From Octopus sinensis (Eukaryota): a DNA stretch of 64,000 bases. A program made the translations under genes and the position numbers. Below the pieces are notes generated by a model, which was given only the letters and a program-made list of their open reading frames with translations, was not told where the DNA came from and made no database searches. The stretch spans positions 1 to 64,000 of the forward strand of contig NW_021836158.1 of the NCBI RefSeq assembly GCF_006345805.1. Reading direction: 5' to 3'. Positions 13,113 through 25,750 of this stretch are shown here, one piece after another (positions within the stretch are counted from its first letter, which is position 1; each line of letters opens with the position of its first letter).

Positions 13113-13573
13113 CCTTTTTTGTTACCAGCCTGGCTGAAACCACCTCTGGATCTGTAGTACAAATGTCTTGTTTTCATAAGTTCTGAATTAAAATTTTCTA
13201 CCAAACCTTAGTCCCAATTTATGGTCCTAACACTAGCTTAATGATAACTAAGTTATTTTACTAAATTCTTTGTGGCATGTTAAAAGCACCAACCGATCGT
13301 GGCCGATGCCAGACCCCCCTGGCACCTGTACAAGTGGCACGTAAAAAGCACCCACTACACTCGCGGAGTGGTTGGCGTTAGGAAGGGCATCCAGCTGTAG
13401 AAACACTGCCAGATCAGACTGGAGCCTGGCGCAGCCCTGGCTTCCCAGACCCCGGTCGAACCGTGCAACCCGTGCTAGCGCGGAAAACGGACGTTAAACG
13501 ATGATGATGATGATGATTTAAAGTAACTGAAAGAAACACAGAGCATCTCAAAAGAAATACAGTAACAAAAGGG
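13113..13573. mobile_element. TTAA-flanked piggyBac-type MITE carrying an RTE 3' fragment (about 13274-13517)
   Basis: ttaa|ccttttttgttac ... gtaacaaaaggg|ttaa termini; the insert ends in aaacggacgttaaac(gat)n. Confidence 0.75.
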
Positions 13574-13920
13574 TTAATGAACTGCAATATCACGTTTTGA
13601 AGATGGAAATCGATGTATATGAAGCTGAAGTCCTCTTTGTCTTGCTCTCTGAGGTTCATTCAGAATAATTAGATACTTTCCACATGTGTTATTTCCACGG
13701 CAGTTATGGGTATACATGAGAAGACATAAAGCCAACTTTTTCAAGAAACACAACCCTTAATGTTTTGAAGTTTCTTTTATCCAAGAAATGTACAACCATA
13801 AACTATTTAGAATCATAGTTTGTCTAGAGAATGTGAGCTGGTGGTTACTTATAAAGGAAGGCAACTTCCTTTATAAATAATCCCTTGTCTAAATACTCTG
13901 GATAAACTATGATCCAGAAT

Positions 13921-14309
13921 TACTCTTTACTCTTTTTCTCTTTTACTTGTTTCAGTCATTTGACTGCGGCCATGCTGGAGCAACACCTTTAATCGAGCAA
14001 GTCGACCCCGGGACTTATTCTTTTGTAAGCCCAGCACTTATTCTATCGGTCTCTTTTGCCAAACCGCTAAGTAACGGGGACATAAACACACCAGCATTGG
14101 TTGTCAAGCAATGCTAGGGGGACAAACACAGACACACAAACACACACACGCATATATATATATATATATATACATATGTACAACGAGCTTCTTTCAGTTT
14201 CCATTTACCAAATCCACTCACATTTGCCTAAGGTGCCATGCAGTGGGACTGAACTCGGAACCATGTGGTTGGTAAACAAGCTACTTACCACACAGCCACT
14301 CCTGCGCCT
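13921..14309 (-). mobile_element. SINE family A
   Basis: Consensus match. Confidence 0.9.
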
Positions 14310-14644
14310 GTTTGTGGTTGTATATTTTATATTGTATCAGTAGTTGTTATTTAGCCTATAATCCAGTCTTGATGCAATGTATCAACACACAAAACATTCC
14401 AGCTGTGACCATCTCATTTTTATATTCTCTAAAGGATATTTTCAGGTTTAGTAATATATCTATGTTTAAGTTATCTTATGTATTCTTTCGTTTTCAAGGA
14501 AATATAGTGTGATTTCTGTGTGGTTTAATTCTATTTCTTACAAGTTGAACGACCTCTTTAACTCAATTAAATAGCACTTGGTTATATGAGCTGCAATGCT
14601 GTAAGCTTCTTTGCTGAACAATTTCAATTTGTGGATAGAAAAAG

Positions 14645-14785
14645 ATAGAGTAAGGAAAGTGTTCAGATGGATAGAGTAAAGAAAGTGTTCAGATAGAGTA
14701 AAGTGTTCAGATGGATAGAGTAAAGAAAGTGTTCAGATAGAGTAAAGTGTTCAGATGGATAGAGTAAAGAAAGTGTTCAGATGGT
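14645..14785. repeat. Minisatellite of 18-26 bp variants (gtgttcagat[ggat]agagtaa[agaa]a), about 6 units
   Basis: Direct reading. Confidence 0.85.
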
Positions 14786-16119
14786 ATGAAATTCAAGATA
14801 AAGACAGCACATTTAAGACAGAATCCAGATATGAAATGGCACAATGCATGAGAAAAAAATGATGCTGTTAAATTGTGTGAAGCTGAGATCCTAGTAGTTG
14901 TCGTTTACATAATCAAAGAAACAGGAGGAGAATGAACATTGGAGTTATGTTAATGGGAAGACAGATACAATTTTGTTGAGTAAGAATTAAGTACTTAAAT
15001 CCTTAAAATCCTTAAAAATGTTTTAGCCCGAAGGCCGCGGCCATGCTGTGTGTAAATATTAAATGTGAAGCACAGAGTTTACTGCATTTGGCCAGTCAGA
15101 GTTAAGGCAATATCTAAGTAAGAGTACAATATTGTACACAAGTAGATACAAAAAACTATCATATTTAAAAATGTAAAAAAACTGAGGTTAATTACTCAGG
15201 GACACTTCTGCATGAAAAAAGACAAAAAACAACAGTTAAATAGTTAGCAATTAGCGTAGAGAGCATTAAAGTTCTAATCAAGAATATTTATGTGGGGAAG
15301 GAAAGATATTAGTGACGAACTCTAGTCATGTTTCAATCTTATAAGACCTCCTCAGCAAAGTACAGACTTTGCTATTCTTGATAATGAGGTGATGACAGAA
15401 CCATTTACCAGGTGTGCAATATTGTACATGAACAGGTGTGACAATTATGTGATCTGAGTAATGTCAGGGATAGTGATGTGAAATTGTATATGTGCAGGTA
15501 TCACAACTAAGGTCTGAGTACTGCAGTGAGAAGAGGTATGAAGAAGAGGCAGGGGACAGAAACAGCAGATGTTGAGAATAGTTTATGTGACGATGGAAAC
15601 TAAATTCTTTGAGCAGTTACAACAGAAATCTCTGTCCCTTGTAAACTTTGGTTTGTCCTCTCAGATTCGATACTCGGTGTGTGTGTGTGGCTGGAGGGAG
15701 GGTGGTGTGGCAATAAATATAAATCTTTGGTTGTAATTTTGATAACCAGTCATGTCTTCCATTTTAGTGCTATTCCTGCCTCAAGAATACTATTTACATT
15801 TTGCCTTTGTCTTTCACTGTCTAAAATTTTAAGTCTTGACTTTACTCAACAGGCGGTGAAGGGCATGGTTGGAACATGCTTATTTACCAGACTCCACCTC
15901 ACCCACCTCACATGACCTAATATATGAAATACATTTGGGCCTCAATGCTGTCATTCAACCTGATACAAATAGCCTGAACTCATCTACAGGTGTTTTTAGG
16001 AAGACCTGCATAATGGCTATAAGTGCAGTTTGGCACTCTTGACATTTTCTCAGCTTTTTGAAAAAAAAAATTCTCTGTCTCCATTAGTAACATCAATACT
16101 ACTTTCAAATTTTGGCACA

Positions 16120-16545
16120 ATGCTTGCAAGTTAGGGGAAGAATAAGTGGATTACATCGACCCCAATGCTCAACAGGTACTTATTCTGGCAGAAACGTTAG
16201 CACGCCGGGCGAAATGCTTAGCGGTATTTCGTCTGCGTTACGTTGTGAGTTCAAATTCCGCCGAGGTTGACTTTGCTTTTCTTCCTTTCGGGGTCGATAA
16301 ATTAAGTACCAGTTACGCACTGGGGTCGATGTAATCGATTTAATCTGTTTGTCTGTCCTTGTTTGTCCCCTCTGTGTTAAGCCCCTTGTGAGTAGTAAAG
16401 AAATAGGTACTTATTCTATTGACCTTGAAAGGATGAAAGGCAAAGTTGACCTCAGCAGAATTTGAAATCAGAATATAGAGATGGGCAAAATACCACTAAG
16501 CATTTTGCCTGGCATACTCACGATTCTGTCAGCTCACCGCCTTCC
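16120..16545 (-). mobile_element. Old SINE C with a younger SINE C (16187-16404, +) inserted in opposite orientation
   Basis: 13-bp TSD aggtacttattct at 16174-16186 and 16405-16417. Confidence 0.85.
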
Positions 16546-17149
16546 TAATAATATGACTACTGCTGAGTGGTTTACATTCTCTATTAAGGTGCAGAAGCTT
16601 ACAAAATATGACGTCTAATATGGCCTGTTACTCAGTATGAAAGCTGTGGCTAGCAAAGCAAAGCCTACTCTGTGTTGAGTAACAAAAAATAAATTCAGAT
16701 GGGTAGAATGTGTCCAAAAAGCTCATATTTGGCCATGTAGTCATGCCATAAAATGTGAAGTACCACCAATTAATAAGTTCATTGAGACATTACCTGCTGT
16801 AGTAGTGATAAAGGAAACATAATCTTTGATCAGTGATGTTCCAGATATCACCCCTCTGTCTTTTGGTCTATTGGAATTACATTGTCCAGTATATCCTTAT
16901 CTAATTAACACTGCCATCACCATCATCATTGTTTGATGTCTACTTTCCATGCTGTAGTGAGTGGTATGAGGGATCTTTGACTGCTATTTCTAGCAGGTCA
17001 AGTGACTGAATAGAAGCTCCCTTCATTGGCTTATGTGTGCTTGTATATATGAAGATGGCAGTGGTGGTCAATCATTTTGTACGTAACCAGATCTGCTTTC
17101 AAACACACAAATACTGATACATACATGTAATTTCAATCGCAGACACATG

Positions 17150-18260
17150 CTCAAACATACACACACACTCACGGACTCTCAATAAATGCACATATACACA
17201 ACCAAATACATAAACATGATCAAACACTCACACATACACACACACATTCGCACTCACATACACACACAGATTCGCACTCACATACACACACACACACTTG
17301 TACTGACATTCATTGACACACACATACACATGCACACAATCACACACACACACACAACACACACACTTGTACTAACTCACATTTACTCACACAAACACAC
17401 ACAAATACATACACACACACCACACACAAATGCACACAATCGCACATGCACACGCACACACACACACATGCAAACATACTCACACACACTTGTACTAACT
17501 CACAATCACACAAACACACACAAACATACACATACACACACAAACACACAACACACACAAACACACAAACACAATACACACACACACACACACACACACA
17601 CTTGTACTAACATTCACTCACACACACATGGCGACACACACAAACACACACAGGTACACAGACACACACACACACACACTTGTACTAATTCACATTCAAA
17701 CACACAAACTCACATTTGCGTGCACACTCACACACATACACACACAGACACACACACTCACACAAACACACATGCACGTGCACACACACAAAGGCACATA
17801 AATGCACATACGCACACACACAGACACACATACTCACACACACTTGTACTCACATTCACTCACACAAACACACAAACAAACATGCATGTGCACACACACT
17901 TACACATACACACAGGACACGCATACACACTTGTACTAACTCACATTCACTCACACAAACACACATGGACATACACACACACAAACACACACAATTACAC
18001 ACAAACACACACAATTACACACACACAGACACACATACACACTTGCACTAACTCACATTCACTCACACAAACACACATGGACATACACACACACAAACAC
18101 ACACAATTACACACAAACACACACAATTACACACACACAGACACACATACACACTTGCACTAACTCACATTCACTCACACAAACACACATGGACATACAC
18201 ACACACACAAACACAGAGAATTACACACAGAATTACACAACACACACACACACACACACA
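17150..18260. repeat. Degenerate (CA)n satellite with recurring motif cacacttgtactaactcacattcactcacac
   Basis: Direct reading; explains the His/Thr-rich ORF 17186-18163. Confidence 0.9.
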
Positions 18261-19145
18261 CAATCACATGCACAGATATATGCATTTTTATAGAAAATCA
18301 TATGAACTTCAGATGTGGCACACATGTACAGAACTACACATAAACACAGACACAACACATACCTAAAACACGTTCTTTCTGACAAATACATAGAAATACA
18401 CAAATACGCATACACATCTGAAAATTTGCATACTCATGCACAAAGCCGTACATATTGTTACATGTACAAACTGAAAATAACACGAGACTAAAATAGAATA
18501 ATTCAGAAACATGTTACCTCAGACTCAATTAATTAATTTCCTGTGTAACTTGCTGCTATTTCTAAGGCCAACCTGAGGCAATGTATAAAACAGAGGACGA
18601 TGGTTTTAGTGGTGGTGTTGGAAGCGATGGTGGTTGTAGGAGTGTTGTTGTTGTTGTTGTTGTTCTTGGTGTTGTTTAGCTCAAAGTCAGTTCTAATCCA
18701 GCAAGCAGACACACAGTCAAAGTTATTCAGCCGTGAGACCACCTTGTCTCATCCTTCTTTTCAGACTTAGTGTGTCTAGGATCACATTATCCTGTGTGTT
18801 CTTTTTATTTTATTTCTTTTTTATGATGTTAGGATATGTTTGAAAGAATATAAGACATTTGACTGTTATTTCTAGCTAGCTGAGTGACCGTGTTGAGGCT
18901 CCCCTGTTGATATAAGGATGATAAATACCTGCAAATGTAATGCTGAGGTAGGCAAATGGACATTTCAGATGAGATTCATGGGTTGAACATACTTGGCATA
19001 TCCTAGCTTAACCCAGTTAGAATCTATATTATAAACTCCAATTCTGACTGAACACAGGATTTATTATGTACCTTCAAGTACTATGGTAGGGTGGTGAGTT
19101 GGTAGAAGTGCTAGAATGTCAGACTAAATTCTTTGAGGTATATAT

Positions 19146-19370
19146 ATTTCTTTACTACCCACAAGGGGCTAAACATAGAGGGGACAAACAAGGACATACA
19201 AAGGGATTAAGTCAATTATATCGACCCCAGTGCGTAACTGGTACTTTATTTATCCATCCCGAAAGGATGAAAGGTAAAGTTGACCTCGGCGGAATTTGAA
19301 CTCACAACGTAACGCAGATGAAATACCACTAAGTATTTCGCCCGACGTGCTAACGTTTCTACCAGCTCTC
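19146..19370 (-). mobile_element. SINE family C flanked by a 78-bp direct duplication
   Basis: Family C body; 19068-19145 and 19371-19448 are identical. Confidence 0.88.
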
Positions 19371-19753
19371 GTACCTTCAAGTACTATGGTAGGGTGGTGA
19401 GTTGGTAGAAGTGCTAGAATGTCAGACTAAATTCTTTGAGGTATATATTCCGAGTTCAATACCTGCGAAGGTCAACTAACTTTTATCATTCTGAAGCTGA
19501 TAAAATAAAGTGCCAATCAAGTACTGAGATCGATGATATTGACTAATAACCCAATTACTCCACCAAAATTGCTGGCCCTGTCCCTAAATCTGAACCATTA
19601 TTCTGTATTTTTGCTATTTCTGTTGGCAGAACAAAATATTTTCAAAATATCTTAATTTAACCGTTTAGCATTCAGATTATTCTGTCAAATGTAATGTTTA
19701 TTTAGACACCATGTTTTGGATTAATCTTTTATTATCCTGTAGTTTCAAGTTTC

Positions 19754-20170
19754 AAGGCGCAGGAGCGGCTGTGTGGTAAGTAGCTTGCTAACCAACCACA
19801 TGGTTCCGGCTCCAGTCCCACTGCATGGCATCTTGGGCAAGTGTCTTCTGCTATAGCCCCGGGCCGACCAATGCCTTGTGAGTGGATTTGGTAGACGGAA
19901 ACTGAAAGAAGCCTGTCGTATATATGTATATATATATGTATATATGTGTTTGTGTGTGTGTGTGTTTGTCCCCCTAGCATTGCTTGACAACCGATGTTGG
20001 TGTGTTTACGTCCCCGTCACTTAGTGGTTCGGCAAAAGAGACCGATAGAATAAGTACTGGGCTTACAAAAGAATAAGTCCCGGGGTCGATTTGCTCGACT
20101 AAAGGCGGTGCTCCAGCATGGCCGCAGTCAAATGACTGAAACAAGTAAAATAGTAAAAGAGAGTAAAGAG
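19754..20170 (+). mobile_element. SINE family A, full length
   Basis: Consensus match. Confidence 0.92.
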
Positions 20171-21289
20171 ATGCTATTGCTTAATTTTAGAATGACATAA
20201 TAGGGTACATGTGAGGGGCTGTATCTGGTTGGTTTAAACATAAAACAGGCAGAATATTTGGGGCAGGTATGGCTAGCTTAAATACAAATGGGCTAAAATG
20301 TCTTAAATTTAAATATCATTATTTTAAAATATCTTAATTCAAAATGTCTTCTTTAATATTAAAATAACTTTATACTAAAATCTATTTATTTTCAAATATC
20401 TTTATGCTTAAGGATTTGAAATTTAATTTAAAGAAAACTTTTTAATTTCCTGAATGTAAATTACATAGGAATGCTATTTAACTGATAGAATTATCCAAGG
20501 TGGGTGTTGTATCACTTTAGTGTCCTTTAACCCACCAACAAATTTCCATCACATGATGTCTGCATATGTGAAGTGTTGGTTATAATGTTGTGTTTAAGAT
20601 TGAGAAAGACATTGGTGCTAATCATGTTATTATTGTTATTTGCAGCTTTAGTCATCAGGGAGAGATAACTGTCAAAACATTTTAGGCTACTATTTGTACT
20701 AGCAACACTGGATTTATTATGATTCAGTCTGGTTTGCTATGACGATGGATACCTTATCATGTCTAGCAATGGTGATGGTGCTTGTGATGAGGATGACAAT
20801 GGCTGTTATGGTGAGCTATTGTTAGTGCTAGACTAATATTATTAAAGAAATGAAAAGGTGATGGGTTAACAGAAATAGAAGACCACAAAGCTGAATGCTT
20901 TAAAGTTTTGAGTTTAATGATACAGGTGTGGTGAGGGTGTAGGTGTGGCTGTAATGGTTAAGACGTTTGCCTCCTAACTGCATGGTTCCAGGTTCATTCT
21001 CACTGCATGGCATTTTGGACAAGTGTCTTCTACTGTAGCCCCAGGGAGACCAAAGCCTTGAGAATTGATTTGATAGATAGAAACCAGAAGAAACCTGCTG
21101 TGTGTGTGTGTGTATAAGGCCTGGTAGGGTATTTCCAGAGAAGCGCTCACCCAAGTTCTGGGATATCAACACTGTTGAATATTGTTTAAACTGGCGTTGC
21201 AAGCAAATTGGTACAGAAACATTTGTAACCGGTTGTTAAAGATGTGTTAAAATATTTTTGTCTTATTTGGATTATATACATATATGTGT

Positions 21290-21477
21290 ACTGGTGGCAC
21301 GTAAAAGCATCCACTACACTCTCGGAGTGGTTGGCGTTAGGAAGGGCATCCAGCTGTAGAAACACTGCCAGATCAAGATTGGAGTGTGGTGCAGCCATTT
21401 GGTTCACCAGCCCTCAGTCAAATCGTCCAACCCATGGTAGCATGGAAAGCGGACGTTAAACAATGATGATGATGATA
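21290..21477 (+). mobile_element. RTE LINE 3' end (5'-truncated)
   Basis: gttggcgttaggaagggcatccagctgtagaaa ... gacgttaaac(aat/gat)n, same as 39340-39499. Confidence 0.85.
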
Positions 21478-21505
21478 TGCATATATATATTTATATGTGT
21501 GTGTT

Positions 21506-21562
<57 letters not shown>

Positions 21563-21929
21563 ATGTTTATCTCCCTGTCATGACATCATGTGATTTTTGT
21601 AAATAATCATCATTCATTTCCAATATTTTACAAAAATGTGTCTCACCATAGGAATATATTACCCTTCTATCCATTGGAAAGAACTAAGAGATGGCACAAG
21701 AAAGGCATCCTGCCATAGAAAATCTGCCCTTATAAACTCTATCTAGGTCCTTGTAAGTAGAGGAAAGGAAGCATTAACATGATGATGATAATCATCTCTA
21801 AGTTCTGAAATAAAACCCTGTTATCTGTCACCTGTTACAATATTATTAAGTTTGGTGTTAATAAACAAACCAAATTTTCTGATTCCCCTTTTATATCAAT
21901 TTAGTGATTGCATAACTCAGCAGCATTAC

Positions 21930-22830
21930 TTTGACAAAGGAACAACCTTCATAAACAAATTCCAACTGTGTTTAAATACCTGTGGCGGAGAAAGGGAGAT
22001 AACTTGTGGGATGGAAGACATAACTTCTTGTATTTGCTCTTCAAGTTCTTCCAAAGTTGTTGGTTTGGTAGAGTAGACTTGCTCCTTTAACCCTTCAGTG
22101 TTTAAACTGGCCATATCAGGCCAAAATTGTCTTACTGTTTTATGCTCAAACCAGCCAGCTCTGACCTCTCACACCTAACCTACAAAGTCATTCTAAAAAT
22201 AAACAGGGACATCATCAAAATCTCAGAGTTACAAGATGCTGTATAATTAATTTAAAACAATATGATTAAACAGGCTTTACATTTGACAGAGTACTCTGAA
22301 TGCTAAAGGGTTAAGCAATCCCACCAAAAAATAAAAAAAAAAAGTTGCTGGCCAATCATGTGGACCTTGATGACCCATCCATCTCCCAAGGATGTAGGCA
22401 TTCAGCCATTCAGAAACAAAAATAGCAAAATGTGGAGGCATGAAATCTTGCATAAAAATCAAATCATCAATATTCTCTCAAGTACTGATAACTGCTTCAT
22501 GGAGGCAAAAGCATTGACCAGACATATATTTAACTTCATGGGAATAACTGGCCAGATTTCATCTTCCATCATGGTGAGGTACATTTCAGCATTCATGGTA
22601 TTGTAATGAATAAAAGGACTCACAATCCTGTCCGAAGTCATTCCACACAATACCATTATCTTGGACTGATTCTGCATTTTTTCAGAGGTAGTGTGAAGAT
22701 CTTCTCCTGCCCAGTGGTGGCAGTTGTGATGGTTCACAAAGCTACTGATGTGGAATACCGCTTCATCACTTCAGAGGATATTTTTAAAGAGATCAGACCA
22801 TGTTTGCAGGGCTTCTAAATTTCAAAAAAT
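21930..22830 (-). pseudogene. Tc1/mariner transposase relic interrupted by a MITE
   Basis: Fragments NHHNCHHW...KIMVLCGMT..IVSPF, IFMQDFMPPHFA..VSEWLN...GRWMGHQGPHDWPA, LKEQVYSTKPTTLEELEEQI. Confidence 0.85.
22091..22310. mobile_element. TTAA-flanked piggyBac-type MITE (220 bp)
   Basis: ttaa|cccttcagtgtt ... gaatgctaaaggg|ttaa. A partial copy of one end is at about 19657-19700. Confidence 0.8.
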
Positions 22831-22969
22831 AATCAATCTGAAAAAAAAAACATCATAAAATCGATTCCCAAACATTAAAGAATATACACATCAAATTTGA
22901 GGAAATAATTGTAGTTAATAAATGAATTATAAATATTTGGAAATAGGGAGTTACTTTTCAATCACCTTC

Positions 22970-23039
<70 letters not shown>

Positions 23040-23069
23040 GTATGGTATGTATGTATATATATATATATA

Positions 23070-23199
23070 TATTTTCCCTCTGTCTTCCCTTCTTTGGATC
23101 TTTCCTTTTCCTATGTTTCTGATGAAGAGCTCCGCTCGAAACGTTAAACCCTGTCCTCACATTGTTGTGTTTTCTCTTTGTGTTTTCATGTTTGGGTTA

Positions 23200-23205
<6 letters not shown>
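23070..23205 (+). mobile_element. Short Penelope-like pLTR remnant between (TA)n tracts
   Basis: Contains a hammerhead motif; homologous to 52570-52750. Confidence 0.6.
23115..23149 (+). ncRNA. Minimal type I hammerhead ribozyme motif (GUU)
   Basis: gttt-CTGATGA-a-gagc-tcc-gctc-GAAAC-GTT-aaac: stem I gttt/aaac, stem II gagc/gctc, palindromic stem III aacgtt. Confidence 0.75.
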
Positions 23206-23249
<44 letters not shown>

Positions 23250-23939
23250 CATGATGTTAAATATCTGACTGGTCATATGGTTTTGCATTCATGAAGCACT
23301 TAGCTTTATAGATGAAGCATATGATGAGACATATATTAAACTTCATGTAAATACATTACTGCTCTAACTTTTAGTGTGTGTTTTGCTTTTTGGATATATT
23401 ATCCATTGATGACATATATATATACATATACATATATTCGATGGCGCTTGGTTGAGTACGTATGTTAATTATCAGTGCTCTCAAATTTAAAATTGAAATA
23501 CTATACTGAAGAAGGGAATAAGTGAGTAGAAATATGATTTTACATCTTTTTACATCTCTTTAACCCAGAAACGCATTTATAGTTAATCAAAGCCAGGTGA
23601 TTTTTTTCTTTTTACCTGCATGAGTTGTAGAGTATTGCTGCCTGGGAGATATCTTATGGCAGTGGAATAGTATTTTAGCTGCTATTTCTAAATTTCGGTA
23701 TGTGGTGAAGCAAATTTTGCTGAACCCTACTTATAATTATACTCAAAATTATGGAATTTTTGTATAAGGTTACCAATAATGGTTCTTTTAACATACCGAA
23801 CTACTTGGTAAAATTATTAATTATTAATTGATTAATTAATTTTACCCTTTATAAATATATATATATATATATATATTGGTAAAAACGATAAGATAAAAGA
23901 AAGAAAAAGACCTTAATATTATATAAATAGAGGAAATTT

Positions 23940-24463
23940 ATCTGTAAATTAATATGTGACAATTATTCAATAGCCAAGATAAAACTCTGAGTTTCGGATG
24001 GCGAAGTGGAAATCCACAACACTATCTCTTTGGTTATCTGGTCATCTGAAAAACGCTATGAAAAAATACCATTTTTTTTTGTGCTTGTGCGTATATAGAC
24101 GTATGTATGAACTTTTATGGTACGCGTGTGTGTATGAGTTTCTATATATATGCGTATACATTTAGCAAAAAATGCGAGTGAAGATGTGTACGTTTTCATA
24201 GTGACATATACGTATGCACGTGGGTGCACAAGCGCACATGTGAGCGTATGAGTAGCCATATTTACTATGAACTTTTAATCTTAATTTATATAAGTAGCGG
24301 AATTATAACACGGTAATTTCCCTTTATATAACGCTATTTTTTCATAGCGTTTTTCAGATGGCCAGATAACCGAAGAGATGGTGTTGTGGATTTCCACTTC
24401 GGCATCTGAAACTCAGAGTTTTATCTTGGCTATTGAATAAGTGTCACATATTAATTTACAGAT
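23940..24463. repeat. Inverted repeat, 129-bp arms (23940-24068 / 24335-24463), with a hammerhead-like motif in each arm
   Basis: Arms are reverse complements with a few substitutions; the block is bounded by (TA)n. Confidence 0.85.
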
Positions 24464-24477
24464 ATATATATATATAC

Positions 24478-24695
24478 AAAATTTAAAGGACTGACCACTA
24501 AAAGTGGACGGTCAACATGCTAGATATAGACGTCAAATCGCTATTTTCCACAAAGAATATGTTCTCAAATATTTTTAATGCTTTGGTTTGTGCTGAGTTT
24601 TTATTTGAGAACATATTCTTTGTGGAAAATAGCGATTTGACATCTATATCTAGCATGTTGACCATCCACTTTTAGTGGTCAGTCCTTTAAATTTT
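24478..24695. repeat. Near-perfect hairpin: 94-bp arms, 30-bp loop
   Basis: Arms differ at two positions, both at CpG sites. Confidence 0.92.
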
Positions 24696-25249
24696 TTATG
24701 TAAAAATATTTTAATCTTCAGATTTTTTTAATATGCTGGGCCACTGGTTTTAATTGATTAATATCAATTTCTACTCTTATTAAATTTTATATATATATAT
24801 ATGCCCAATGTAGGTAAATTAGTGATACTGATAATGAAATATCAATATTATAGGTCAGGGAAAGCACTTCAGCCCTGTTGTTTGTTGATATTCATAATCA
24901 TCATCACTACATTAGCTCTATTTCTATATATGCTGATTATCTATAATTCTTACCAACTTAGCAGAATATATTTCACCAAGATCAGTCTAATAGAACTGAA
25001 AACAACCTGTTTCTTTTACCAGTTCACTTCGAAAGATTCCTGCCTGTATTGATTTTTATTTTCCAAATATTTTTATTGGCTGATTTTAATGGGGTTATTT
25101 CCCTTGCTTGTTGTGTTTAGATTTTAGAAATACCCTAGAAAGTAATTTTTGTGTACAGATTCCATGTATAATCTTAGTAAATTGAATATTTTCATTTCAC
25201 TACATTAGCTATATAAGATCCTACAGTAGTTGGTGTGTGTGAATTTATG

Positions 25250-25386
25250 CATACAATGTATGTATATATGTCTTTTCTCTCTCTCTCTCTCTCCACACAC
25301 ACACACAAACACAGCATGCACGTATGCACACATATAAACACACACATACATACATGTGTTTACATAGCTACTTTGCCTTTTCTTTC

Positions 25387-25432
<46 letters not shown>

Positions 25433-25604
25433 TATACACACATATATATATGTATATACGTGCGGTGTATAACTTTATGTGTATATATCTATGTATATAT
25501 GTATACATATAAGTTTATGTATATATATGTATATATATATATAGATATATCTATGTATATATATATACATATATACACATATATATATAGTGTATATATA
25601 TATA

Positions 25605-25668
<64 letters not shown>

Positions 25669-25750
25669 CATAAAAATATGTAACTTATGTATATCTATCT
25701 ATCTATCTATCAATATATATATATGTATGCACACACACACACACACACAC
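25250..25750. repeat. Compound (TA)n/(CA)n microsatellite block
   Basis: Direct reading. Confidence 0.9.

Noticed and set aside
15318-15362. Minus-strand CUGAGGA...GAAAC hammerhead-like motif
   Set aside because: Cleavage triplet reads AUG and stem I does not pair; at most a decayed relic.
17186-18163. 325-aa His/Thr-rich ORF
   Set aside because: Translation of a degenerate (CA)n satellite.
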